From positions 32,949 through 96,948 of the forward strand of contig JAZDLW010000019.1 of the NCBI GenBank assembly GCA_043801595.1: a stretch of DNA of 64,000 bases, given 5' to 3'. Under the pieces are notes generated by a model, which ran no database searches, was not told the DNA's origin, and saw only the letters and a list, made by a program, of their open reading frames with translations. The position numbers were made by a program, and so were the translations under genes. Below, one piece after another: positions 26,133 through 33,666 of the stretch. Source of the stretch: Candidatus Aenigmatarchaeota archaeon. GTDB lineage: Archaea; Aenigmatarchaeota; Aenigmatarchaeia; JACPZZ01. Position 1 is the first letter of the stretch, and the number at the start of each line of letters is the position of its first letter.

Positions 26133-26392
26133 TGGCTGTCCTGATACACGACGCAGCCGATAAATCGCTAAGAAGTTTTGAGAAGAAAGTGCGGGAAAGG
26201 ATAAAACAGCAAATAAAACTTCTGGCTGAGAACCCGTATTCCACACAGTTGGACATCGTGAAACTCAAGGGAATAAACGACGGCCCGGACTTATTCAGGA
26301 TGCGCGTCGGTAATTACAGGGTCATTTATTTCATCCAAGATGGGAAAATCCTTATAACGGATATAGGAAGACGGGAACGAATCTATGGTTGA
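26129..26392 (+). CDS. relE: RelE/ParE-family toxin
   Basis: 87 aa. The pattern KQQIKLLAENPY....VKLKG...LFRMRVGNYRVIYFI.DGKILITDIGRRERIY is typical of RelE/StbE/YoeB-type mRNA interferases. Confidence 0.75.
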   Translation: MMAVLIHDAADKSLRSFEKKVRERIKQQIKLLAENPYSTQLDIVKLKGINDGPDLFRMRVGNYRVIYFIQDGKILITDIGRRERIYG

Positions 26393-26466
26393 TCCGCATG
26401 GTTGGCAAATAAAACCGACGGTGGGGATCCCTCGCTAGTTTTAAGTTTAGATATTGAATTCTAATT

Positions 26467-27180
26467 ATGGCAGTCGATGACAAGCTATCTAAATATTGTA
26501 AAGGAATAATAGAATACCCATTTTATAGCCATCCTTATTTTTCTGACGCTATTAACGCAAACGGAACTGTAGATGTTAAAAAATTTCAACAACGATATCA
26601 GACATTCTTATCAGATAAACGATTAAGACGATCCCTCTCTGATACTGAAAAAAAAGTGTTGCTGGGAAGAGCGGGCATAGAAGGTTACCAGAAAACCCAA
26701 AAGGAGATAGGAGCGGAAATGCGGCGATCCGGTAACAGAGTTTTTCAAATAGAAACAAAGGCGTTGAGAAAATTACTGCCAAGAAGCAACGGAGGTGTAT
26801 TAGACGCACTCTACCTTGAAGAGTTTGAAGCCACAAGTGCGAAGTACGCTAAATCGAAAGATTTTGATTTGGATTATATAAACCGAATTAAATCGCAGGC
26901 GGCGGCAAAGATCATGGAGGAAGAAGAAAAGACACGCAAACAAATACAGCTAACTGAAGAAAATGCTCGTCATAAGGCTCATTTAACTGAGTACGGTATC
27001 CAACATTTAGGACTTTCATCACGCACAAATAACAGCTTATTGAGAGGAGGCGTCGATGTCATAGATCAGCTAGAAGAAAAAAGTGATGAAGAATTACTTA
27101 AAATACGAAATGTAGGAGTAAAGTCAATAAGAGAAGTTCGTGAAAGACTGGAAGCTTATCACAAACAAAGGAAGCCCTGA
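26467..27180 (+). CDS. DNA-binding protein fusing a sigma-70 region-4-like HTH to an RNA polymerase alpha-CTD-like domain
   Basis: LSDTEKKVLLGRAGIEGYQKTQKEIGAEMRRSGNRVFQIETKALRKLL fits the sigma-70 region 4.2 pattern. LGLSSRTNNSLLRGGVDVIDQLEEKSDEELLKIRNVGVKSIREVRERL fits the alpha-CTD helix-hairpin-helix pattern. Confidence 0.6.
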   Translation: MAVDDKLSKYCKGIIEYPFYSHPYFSDAINANGTVDVKKFQQRYQTFLSDKRLRRSLSDTEKKVLLGRAGIEGYQKTQKEIGAEMRRSGNRVFQIETKALRKLLPRSNGGVLDALYLEEFEATSAKYAKSKDFDLDYINRIKSQAAAKIMEEEEKTRKQIQLTEENARHKAHLTEYGIQHLGLSSRTNNSLLRGGVDVIDQLEEKSDEELLKIRNVGVKSIREVRERLEAYHKQRKP

Positions 27181-27274
27181 TCACAAGACTGTTATTTTGG
27201 TGAGGTCTCCAACCAGTGGGTCTCCTGGGCCGGGAGTTTACCCTATAATTGAACTCCCTCGTATGGGCGTCCTC

Positions 27275-27297
27275 TAAAAAGATTAGCGCCGAGGAAG
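27275..27297. repeat. Proximal att-like repeat overlapping the tRNA 3' end
   Basis: TAAAAAGATTAGCGCCGAGGAAG. Positions 27287-27297 are the discriminator plus the 3' acceptor strand and the start of the T-stem of the minus-strand tRNA. Confidence 0.8.
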
Positions 27298-27520
27298 GGA
27301 TTTGAACCCTTACGGGACTTGCGCCCCACCGGATTTCTAAGGCTCCAAACTTAAAGGATTCCTCATCTCGCCGCCGTGATCAGAATCAAGCCTTGTTGTC
27401 ATAGCCTCTCAAGTATCGCCTATGCACCAATCATCTCTGGTATCAGCATATCCGGCGCATTTAACCTGGTTCTGCCTTCGATTGTACAGCTGGAATACTT
27501 CCAGCAGCAAAAACCTCGGC
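27287..27520 (-). tRNA. Class II tRNA (probably tRNA-Ser) interrupted by two intervening sequences
   Basis: On the minus strand, the 5' acceptor strand GCCGAGG+T is at 27520-27513. The D-arm and 5' anticodon stem GGCAGAACCAGGTTAAATGCGCCGGA are at 27476-27451. The 3' part at 27333-27287 is TCCGG-T-GGGGCGCAAGTCCC-GT-AAGGGTTCAAATCCCTT-CCTCGGC-G. It contains a long variable arm with a GCAA loop, a canonical T-arm, an acceptor strand complementary to the 5' end, and G73. The gaps are ~36 nt and ~110 nt. The anticodon is ambiguous: GCT at 27447-27445, or AGA/TAG at about 27339-27336. Confidence 0.6.
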
Positions 27521-27702
27521 TCTCCTCGGCATATTTTAATTGCGCGGAAAGGTTAATAAACGTCCGTTTGGCACGCCGCGTTTAGATACCAAGCTACGTC
27601 AAAAAATCACGCATAAATATGGCATATGACGTAGTTGAATGACAGGTATTATAAAAAAAACATTCGCTAAATCTAAAAGAAACGAAAAACGGAATAATTG
27701 TT

Positions 27703-29418
27703 ATGACTAAACTTGTTTGGCTGATCGGAGGGGAAGCGGGCTTCGGAGTCCGTGAGGCCGGCCTGATATTCGCAAAAACGTGCACACATGCCGGTTTTAA
27801 CATATTCGGGCACGTCGAATACCCGTCGCTGATACGCGGAGGGCATAACACATACCAAGTCAGCGTTGATGACGAGGTTTTCTGCCAGTCGAAGAATGTC
27901 GATATCATTGTGGCGCTTAACAAGGAGACCATAGACAAGCACACAAACGAGCTTTCCAAAGGCGGCGCAATAATTTACGATTCCGGTTCGATGACAAAGG
28001 ATGTTGAGAAAACTAACGCGTTGTTTTATCCGGTGCCGCTTAAGCAATTAGTAACGGAAACGGGCGGAAAGGACATAGTCCGCAACACGGTTGCAATAGG
28101 AGCGTCGTGCGCTGTTGTCGGCCTTGATTTTTCGTTTGTGAAAGATTCGCTCAGCGAAGAGTTTAAATCAAAGGGCGCGGAGATAGTCGAGATGAACGTT
28201 AAGGCTGCGAAAGCGGGCTATGATTACATAAAAAAGAATTTCAAGAATGAATTCGCTTTCACGCTCAAACCGAAGAATAGAGAGGAAAAAATAGTACTGA
28301 CAGGCAACGATGCGATCGGGATAGGTGCGGTAAAAGCGGGATGCAATTTCTACGCAGGCTATCCGATGACGCCTGTAACATCGCTGATGCAGTTTTTTGC
28401 AGCCCACGCAAAGGATTATGAAATCGTTTTCCGAAATTCCGCCGACGAAATAGAAGCGATCAATATGGCAATCGGAGCTTCGTATGCCGGTGCAAAATCA
28501 ATGACCGCGTCTTCAGGCGGCGGTTACGCGCTCATGGTCGAAGCAATCGGAATGGCTGCGATGACAGAGATACCGGTTGTAATAGTTGAAGGGACGAGAA
28601 CCGGACCTTCGACAGGCTTGCCGACGTGGACAGAGCAGGGCGATTTGCGATTCGTATTGCATTCGTCTCACGGCGAGTTTCCGCGAATAGTCGTTGCGCC
28701 CGGAGATGTCGAAGAATGCTATTACAAAACCATCGAGACATTCAATCTGGCCTACAAGTATCAGGTGCCTGCTGTCATATTGACAGACCGCCAGCTTGGC
28801 GAGAGCCATATGAGTACGGACAAGTTTGAGACGGATGCGAAGAATGACAAATTCGTAATGGACGACAACGATGCGAAGAATGATTACAAAAGATTCGCTT
28901 TTACCGAGAGCGGATTATCGCCGCGCTCCGTGCCAGGGCAGAAAAACGGTCTTTATGTTGCAAACAGCTATGAGCATGACGAGACGGGCGTCTATGCTGA
29001 AGACGCCGATAATACGAAAAAGATGAAGGACAAAAGAATGAAAAAACTCGAATTGATACTCAAGGAGATACCGGAACCCGTATTGCACGGGGAGAAGAAT
29101 TCTGACATAACATTGATCGCGTGGGGATCAACAAAACTTCCGGCGCTGCAGGCAATAAAGATCCTTAATGAACAGAAAATAAGTGCGAACGTCTTGCAAA
29201 TCGTTTACATGGAGCCTTTCAAATCCGAGGCTGTTGCGAAAATTCTAAACAATGCTAAAAAACTGCTGATTGTTGAGAATAACCAGACAGCGCAGCTTGC
29301 CGGACTGATACGCGAGAAGACCGGTATCGAAATAAAGGAAAAATTGTTGAAATACAACGGGCGGCAGTTTTTCGCAGAGGAGATCGCTGACAAAGCAAAG
29401 GAAATGCTAAAGAGATGA
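27703..29418 (+). CDS. korA: 2-oxoacid:ferredoxin oxidoreductase alpha subunit (gamma-alpha fusion)
   Basis: The N-terminal gamma-like domain (IGGEAGFGVREAGLIFAK...YPSLIRGGHNTYQV) is followed by the alpha domain (GNDAIGIGAVKAGCNFYAGYPMTP...GGGYALM). This is the two-subunit OFOR architecture. Confidence 0.85.
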   Translation: MTKLVWLIGGEAGFGVREAGLIFAKTCTHAGFNIFGHVEYPSLIRGGHNTYQVSVDDEVFCQSKNVDIIVALNKETIDKHTNELSKGGAIIYDSGSMTKDVEKTNALFYPVPLKQLVTETGGKDIVRNTVAIGASCAVVGLDFSFVKDSLSEEFKSKGAEIVEMNVKAAKAGYDYIKKNFKNEFAFTLKPKNREEKIVLTGNDAIGIGAVKAGCNFYAGYPMTPVTSLMQFFAAHAKDYEIVFRNSADEIEAINMAIGASYAGAKSMTASSGGGYALMVEAIGMAAMTEIPVVIVEGTRTGPSTGLPTWTEQGDLRFVLHSSHGEFPRIVVAPGDVEECYYKTIETFNLAYKYQVPAVILTDRQLGESHMSTDKFETDAKNDKFVMDDNDAKNDYKRFAFTESGLSPRSVPGQKNGLYVANSYEHDETGVYAEDADNTKKMKDKRMKKLELILKEIPEPVLHGEKNSDITLIAWGSTKLPALQAIKILNEQKISANVLQIVYMEPFKSEAVAKILNNAKKLLIVENNQTAQLAGLIREKTGIEIKEKLLKYNGRQFFAEEIADKAKEMLKR

Positions 29419-29422
29419 AGAA

Positions 29423-30274
29423 ATGAAGATAGAAGATTTTGATTTTGGAACAAGGCCGAAATGGTGCCCCGGATGCGGGAACTTCTCAATATGGGTCGGG
29501 CTGCGCCAAGCACTGGTTGAGACGAACGTCGAACCGCACAATTTGTCTGTTGTCTACGGAATAGGATGTCACGGGCATTTGTCGAACATGCTGAGATGCT
29601 ACGGTTTCGAGTCGTTACACGGACGGGAGATTCCGGTTGCCATCGGCGCGAAGCTTGCTAACAATAATCTCAAGGTTATCGCTGTTGCCGGTGACGGCGA
29701 CTGCTACGGAGAAGGATTGAATCATTTCATCAATGCAGCGAGAATGAACGTAGGAATAACGCTGATGGTCTGCAATAACATGGTTTACGGTTTGACAGCA
29801 GGGCAGACGTCGCCGACATCGGAGAAAGGATTCAAAACAAAAACAACGCCTTCCGGTTCGATAGACACACCGATCAATCCGCTGGCTTTGGCAATATCAG
29901 CAGGCGCAACGTTTGTAGCGCGGGTTTTTGCAGGCGATCTTCAAAGCATGAAAAAAATAATCGCGGAGGCGATAAACCACAAAGGATTCGCACTTGTCGA
30001 TGTTTTGCAGCCTTGCGTCACGTTCAACAAGATAAACACGCATGAATTTTACCAGAAACACATTTACAGACTGCAGGACGAGAACCACGATATGGGCGAC
30101 AAAGCCAAGGCGCTTGCGAAATCCTTTGAATGGGGCGAACGCATTCCCACGGGCATATTCTACAAGGAACAAAGACCAGCGTACGAGAGCTTGCTTCCGC
30201 GTGTTAAAATGCCGCTGTACAAACAGGACCGCACAAACGTGAACGTCGATAAGCTCATAGCTGAGTTTGCCTGA
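29423..30274 (+). CDS. korB: 2-oxoacid:ferredoxin oxidoreductase beta subunit (TPP-binding)
   Basis: Contains WCPGCGNF and GDGD..GEG..H TPP/Mg motifs. It follows korA with a 4-nt gap. Confidence 0.88.
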   Translation: MKIEDFDFGTRPKWCPGCGNFSIWVGLRQALVETNVEPHNLSVVYGIGCHGHLSNMLRCYGFESLHGREIPVAIGAKLANNNLKVIAVAGDGDCYGEGLNHFINAARMNVGITLMVCNNMVYGLTAGQTSPTSEKGFKTKTTPSGSIDTPINPLALAISAGATFVARVFAGDLQSMKKIIAEAINHKGFALVDVLQPCVTFNKINTHEFYQKHIYRLQDENHDMGDKAKALAKSFEWGERIPTGIFYKEQRPAYESLLPRVKMPLYKQDRTNVNVDKLIAEFA

Positions 30275-30333
30275 TCGCTTATAGCGCGAAAACGCAAGGC
30301 GAGTTTTTTATACCAGAAGAGGCAACATTATTC

Positions 30334-30453
30334 ATGAAATGGGACTATGAAGGCCTTCATGTCGACGGATACATAATAAACAAGAAATTATTTCCGCTGA
30401 TACTCATTTTCATCGGAATCGTTCTGCTGGCACTGATCGAAATCGCAAAATGA
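30334..30453 (+). CDS. Possible 39-aa single-TM peptide
   Basis: Hand translation gives MKWDYEGLHVDGYIINKKLFPLILIFIGIVLLALIEIAK. There is no supporting similarity. Confidence 0.2.
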   Translation: MKWDYEGLHVDGYIINKKLFPLILIFIGIVLLALIEIAK

Positions 30454-30495
30454 CCTGAAAACCGCGTTTTTAAGCGTTGCATAACTATTTTTATT

Positions 30496-30768
30496 ATGGT
30501 GAACGAACGCAGCGAGGCGCTGTTCAGGATTGTAGTTGCAATAGTTTCCGGTATTGTTCTCGGCATTTGGAGAGTAGCGACAAAAATTGTCGCTGTCGTT
30601 CACTGGTTTATTGTTCTGATAACTAAAAAACGCGATGCTGAGCTTGCGTTGTTTTGCAACAGGTGGAACGTTGAGTATTACAGGTTTATCCGTTATCTGA
30701 CTTTTGTAACGAACAAGCGGCCTTTTCCGTTTGAGCCGTTATCGAAAAAAGTCCCGCGAATGGAATAG
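30496..30768 (+). CDS. Small membrane protein, DUF4389-like
   Basis: SEALFRIVVAIVSGIVLGIW........HWFIVLITKKR......FCN.WN...Y.F.RYLTFVTNKRPFPF matches my recollection of the DUF4389 family pattern. Confidence 0.45.
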   Translation: MVNERSEALFRIVVAIVSGIVLGIWRVATKIVAVVHWFIVLITKKRDAELALFCNRWNVEYYRFIRYLTFVTNKRPFPFEPLSKKVPRME

Positions 30769-30782
30769 CTATTCAGGTGCGT

Positions 30783-31256
30783 TTAACAGCCGTATTTTTT
30801 GGCCCACGGCTCGCGTCCGAATTCCGAAGAGTCGCAGTATTCGGTGAATATGTATCCGAAACCGTTTTCGAGCAGCGCGCTATTTAGGTTTTTATTGTTG
30901 CAATAAACCACAGCAACAGTCCGGCCGTAGCTTCCCTTTGTCTGTTTATCATCTTCGTCCACGATTGCGGTTGATCCTATCGGGCATAACGACGATGTGA
31001 AGTTCGTGGCTTCGTCGCCGCCCTCCTCGCCTTTTTCCGGCGCGTTGACAAGCACCAGCCTTATTGTTTTGTTGCCAATTACTAGCGTGTCGCCGTCGAC
31101 TATCCGTTCCACTGTGCTGCTGAAACATTCCGCGTTTCCTTTGCATACATTCGCAGTGTTATTGACAACCAGTGCTGCGGAAACAGCAATGAAAAATAAG
31201 ATCATGTATGCGAGTTTTGCCACGATTTCACAACGCCTTTTGCTTGAGAACAACAT
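30783..31256 (-). CDS. nuc: Secreted or membrane-anchored thermonuclease (staphylococcal nuclease fold)
   Basis: VERIVDGDTLVIGNKTIRLVLVNAPE and YGRTVAVVYCNNKNLNSALLENGFGYI match SNase core motifs (DGDT...R..G.D.PE; GR.L....G...N..L...G.A). An N-terminal hydrophobic anchor is present. Confidence 0.8.
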   Translation of the reverse strand: MLFSSKRRCEIVAKLAYMILFFIAVSAALVVNNTANVCKGNAECFSSTVERIVDGDTLVIGNKTIRLVLVNAPEKGEEGGDEATNFTSSLCPIGSTAIVDEDDKQTKGSYGRTVAVVYCNNKNLNSALLENGFGYIFTEYCDSSEFGREPWAKKYGC

Positions 31257-31271
31257 TATTCGATCATTGAA

Positions 31272-31514
31272 TCATTTCAAATGAAGAAGCTTTTTCAGCG
31301 TTGGTACGTCGTAACCTAATACAATGTTTCCGTCTATGTCTATAACCGGTATGCCCGATTGCCCGGATTTCTTCATAGATTCTTCGGCTGCGCCCTTCAC
31401 TTTTTCTATATCCTTTGCTTCAAATTTTATGTTATTCTTTGTCAGAAAGTCTTTTACCTGGTGACAATAAGGACACCATTCAGCCGTGTATACGATCACT
31501 TTCATAAGTCTCAC
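31272..31514 (-). CDS. Glutaredoxin-like protein
   Basis: 80 aa. It has the CPYC active site in VYTAEWCPYCHQVKDFL and a GIPVI motif. Confidence 0.8.
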   Translation of the reverse strand: MRLMKVIVYTAEWCPYCHQVKDFLTKNNIKFEAKDIEKVKGAAEESMKKSGQSGIPVIDIDGNIVLGYDVPTLKKLLHLK

Positions 31515-31560
31515 TTTGATTTCTGGATTTTATACTTTAAATTCGTAACGCGTCTTGAGT

Positions 31561-32025
31561 TCACATTTTGGCAGAATCGAGGAATTTGATAACATCTTTT
31601 GCGTGATCCATCGGGTTTACATTTTTGAATATCTTTATTATTTTTCCATCCATGTCTATGATGAACGTCGTCCTTTCCACGCTCGTGAAATTTTTTCCCA
31701 TGAAGGATTTGTTTTTCAGGACACAGTATTTTTTACAAACGTCATTGTCAAGGTCGCTTAGCAATGAAAAATTAAGGCCGTGCTTTTTCTTGAATTTTTT
31801 GTGCGACTCGGAACTGTCAGGGCTTACGCCAAGCACAAGCGCGCCTTTCGAGCCAAGCGAACGAATATTGTCCCTGAATGAACACGCTTCCATGATGCAG
31901 CCGGACGTGTCGTCTTTCGGGTAAAAATAAAGGATTATCATCCTGCCACGCAGATCGCTTAGCCTCTCAATCCTACCGGAATCGTTCTTTGCCGAGAAAT
32001 CAGGAGCCTTTTCGCCTTCTTTCAT
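31561..32025 (-). CDS. bcp: Peroxiredoxin, Bcp type
   Basis: APDFSAKND....LSDLRG..IILYFYPKDDTSGC contains the peroxidatic Cys motif. The start is at the internal ATG at 32025. Confidence 0.85.
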   Translation of the reverse strand: MKEGEKAPDFSAKNDSGRIERLSDLRGRMIILYFYPKDDTSGCIMEACSFRDNIRSLGSKGALVLGVSPDSSESHKKFKKKHGLNFSLLSDLDNDVCKKYCVLKNKSFMGKNFTSVERTTFIIDMDGKIIKIFKNVNPMDHAKDVIKFLDSAKM

Positions 32026-32162
32026 ATCAAATCCTTTTCTTTTTCGAAAGAAAAGTCTTTGAATTCCCAAAAGAAACCGATTTAATCGCCTTGTTATTTG
32101 AAAATCAGGCTGATTTATATACCTTTGATAATCTATTATTGTAAGATTCCCCGAGGCATGTT

Positions 32163-32423
32163 ATGACAAAAATATACAAAGTCGAATACGATCGAACGAA
32201 CTGCATAGGTGCGGGCATCTGTGCTGCGCTTAACCCTGAAAATTTCAAGATCAACGACGACACAAAGGCTGATTTTCTCGAAGCCAAATTAAATGAAAAA
32301 ACTGGCATGTGGGAGCGCGAAATTACCGAAAAAGAACTCGAAAAGGTAATGGCAGCTGCGAGCGGCTGTCCTGTACTTGTAATACACATAACAGACAAAG
32401 AGACGGGCGAGAAACTAATCTGA
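32163..32423 (+). CDS. Small single-cluster ferredoxin
   Basis: VEYDRTNCIGAGICAALNP....ASGCPVLVI gives a C-x2-G-x2-C ... CP arrangement, as in mono-cluster ferredoxins. Confidence 0.6.
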   Translation: MTKIYKVEYDRTNCIGAGICAALNPENFKINDDTKADFLEAKLNEKTGMWEREITEKELEKVMAAASGCPVLVIHITDKETGEKLI

Positions 32424-32451
32424 TTCCCTTGTTTTTCGCGTTCTAAAAAAT

Positions 32452-33666
32452 TCATCCGCGCAACGCATCAACCGGCCTAAGCCTTGCTGCCTGGCGCGCA
32501 GGCGCAATGCCGGACGCGCAACCTACGACGAACGAAAACACCAAAGCGCCAAGCACAAGCTCGGGCGATGCGTAGACCTTAAAAAATCCCACATTCGCAG
32601 TTGCTGCAATGGCCTGTACAACCTGTCCGATGCCAATGCCCACTGTGACCCCAACAACGCCGCCCACCAATCCGAGAATTCCTGATTCAAACAGGAATAT
32701 TGTCAGTATATCCTTCTCTGTCGCGCCAACAGCCTTCATTATTCCTATATTTCTGGTCTGTTCGAGCACGGACGTGTACATCGTGTTCATAATTCCAATC
32801 CCGCCGACCAGCAGGGATATTGCTGCGATACCAAGCACAACAATCTGTATAACTCCAAGAATCATGTCAACGCTGTCCAGAAGCTGTTCTGATGTCTGGA
32901 CCGAAAAGTCTTCCTGACCTTTTTTCAGTCCGCGGTCGCGCCTCATTTCCTGTTTGATACTCTCAGCGACAACCGCAGGGTCATTTCCGGACTTCGGCTG
33001 TACCATTAACATGTTAAATTTGTCAGGTTCGTTGAACAAATCTCGCGCCGTGTCCATTGTGATGTACAGCTGCTTGTCGTCTTCTGGGTTACCGATACTG
33101 TCCAGAGCACCAACAACCTGGAATCCCTGGCCGTTAATTTTCAGGCGGTCGCCGATTTTAACGTTTGTATTAAAAACATTTTCATGCGCAATCAGATAGC
33201 CGATATCGATTGCATACCTGTCGCCTTCCCTAAGCCCGCGACCCTCGATCACATTGAACGATCCCATGTTGTCGACGAGCTCTTTTGCCCTGTCTGTCGG
33301 AATTCCGATTACAAACAGGTATTTCACTTCATTCCCGTATTCCACCTTTGATATTTTATACAGCATACCGCCGACGATATCCACACCGTTTGCCCTCTGT
33401 ATAACATCAACATCATGCGTTGTAAGGTAGGAGGAGGTTGATCCTATGAAACCTGAAAAACCAGCGCCCCCTCCGGGCATAATCATTAATAAGTCTGTGC
33501 CAAGCGACTTGAACTGCTGCGATATGGAATCCTGCAATCCCTGGCTGATTGAGATCAACGCAACAACTGACGCGATTCCGATGAATATTCCCAGCATGGT
33601 CAGCCACGAGCGCAGCCCGCGCCTGCTTATTGTCCTCCACGCCAGACTGAAATAATCGTGCAACAT
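32452..33666 (-). CDS. ABC transporter permease, MacB/FtsX type (paralog 1)
   Basis: An N-terminal TM is followed by a ~230-aa extracytoplasmic domain and a C-terminal FtsX domain (MNTMYTSVLEQTRNIGIMKAVGA...). The sequence ends with PARQAARLRPVDALRG. Confidence 0.85.
   Translation of the reverse strand: MLHDYFSLAWRTISRRGLRSWLTMLGIFIGIASVVALISISQGLQDSISQQFKSLGTDLLMIMPGGGAGFSGFIGSTSSYLTTHDVDVIQRANGVDIVGGMLYKISKVEYGNEVKYLFVIGIPTDRAKELVDNMGSFNVIEGRGLREGDRYAIDIGYLIAHENVFNTNVKIGDRLKINGQGFQVVGALDSIGNPEDDKQLYITMDTARDLFNEPDKFNMLMVQPKSGNDPAVVAESIKQEMRRDRGLKKGQEDFSVQTSEQLLDSVDMILGVIQIVVLGIAAISLLVGGIGIMNTMYTSVLEQTRNIGIMKAVGATEKDILTIFLFESGILGLVGGVVGVTVGIGIGQVVQAIAATANVGFFKVYASPELVLGALVFSFVVGCASGIAPARQAARLRPVDALRG

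Larger units (their letters stand above)
25164..27284. mobile_element. Putative integrated element(s) or remnant at a tRNA gene; no integrase present
   Basis: The region is bracketed by direct repeats of the tRNA 3' end at 25141-25163 and 27275-27297. A third 14-nt copy at 25751-25764 divides it into ~0.6 kb and ~1.5 kb parts. The cargo is a membrane-anchored ORF, a RelE toxin-antitoxin pair and a sigma4/alpha-CTD fusion protein. Confidence 0.55.

Noticed and set aside
27341-27450. Possible box C/D sRNA inside the large tRNA intervening sequence (GAGATGA twice, CTGA twice on the tRNA strand)
   Set aside because: Both C-like boxes deviate from RUGAUGA at the second position. The C-to-D' distance is ~47 nt rather than ~12 nt, and no terminal D box follows the second C-like box.
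27376-27585. 69-aa + strand track ORF
   Set aside because: It lies entirely over the interrupted tRNA gene and its intervening sequences, and has no coding features.
27594-27634. Inverted repeat CTACGTCA ... TGACGTAG (26-nt spacer) upstream of the OFOR genes
   Set aside because: It is a single occurrence about 70 nt upstream of the start. It is plausible as a regulator site but cannot be assessed from this window alone.
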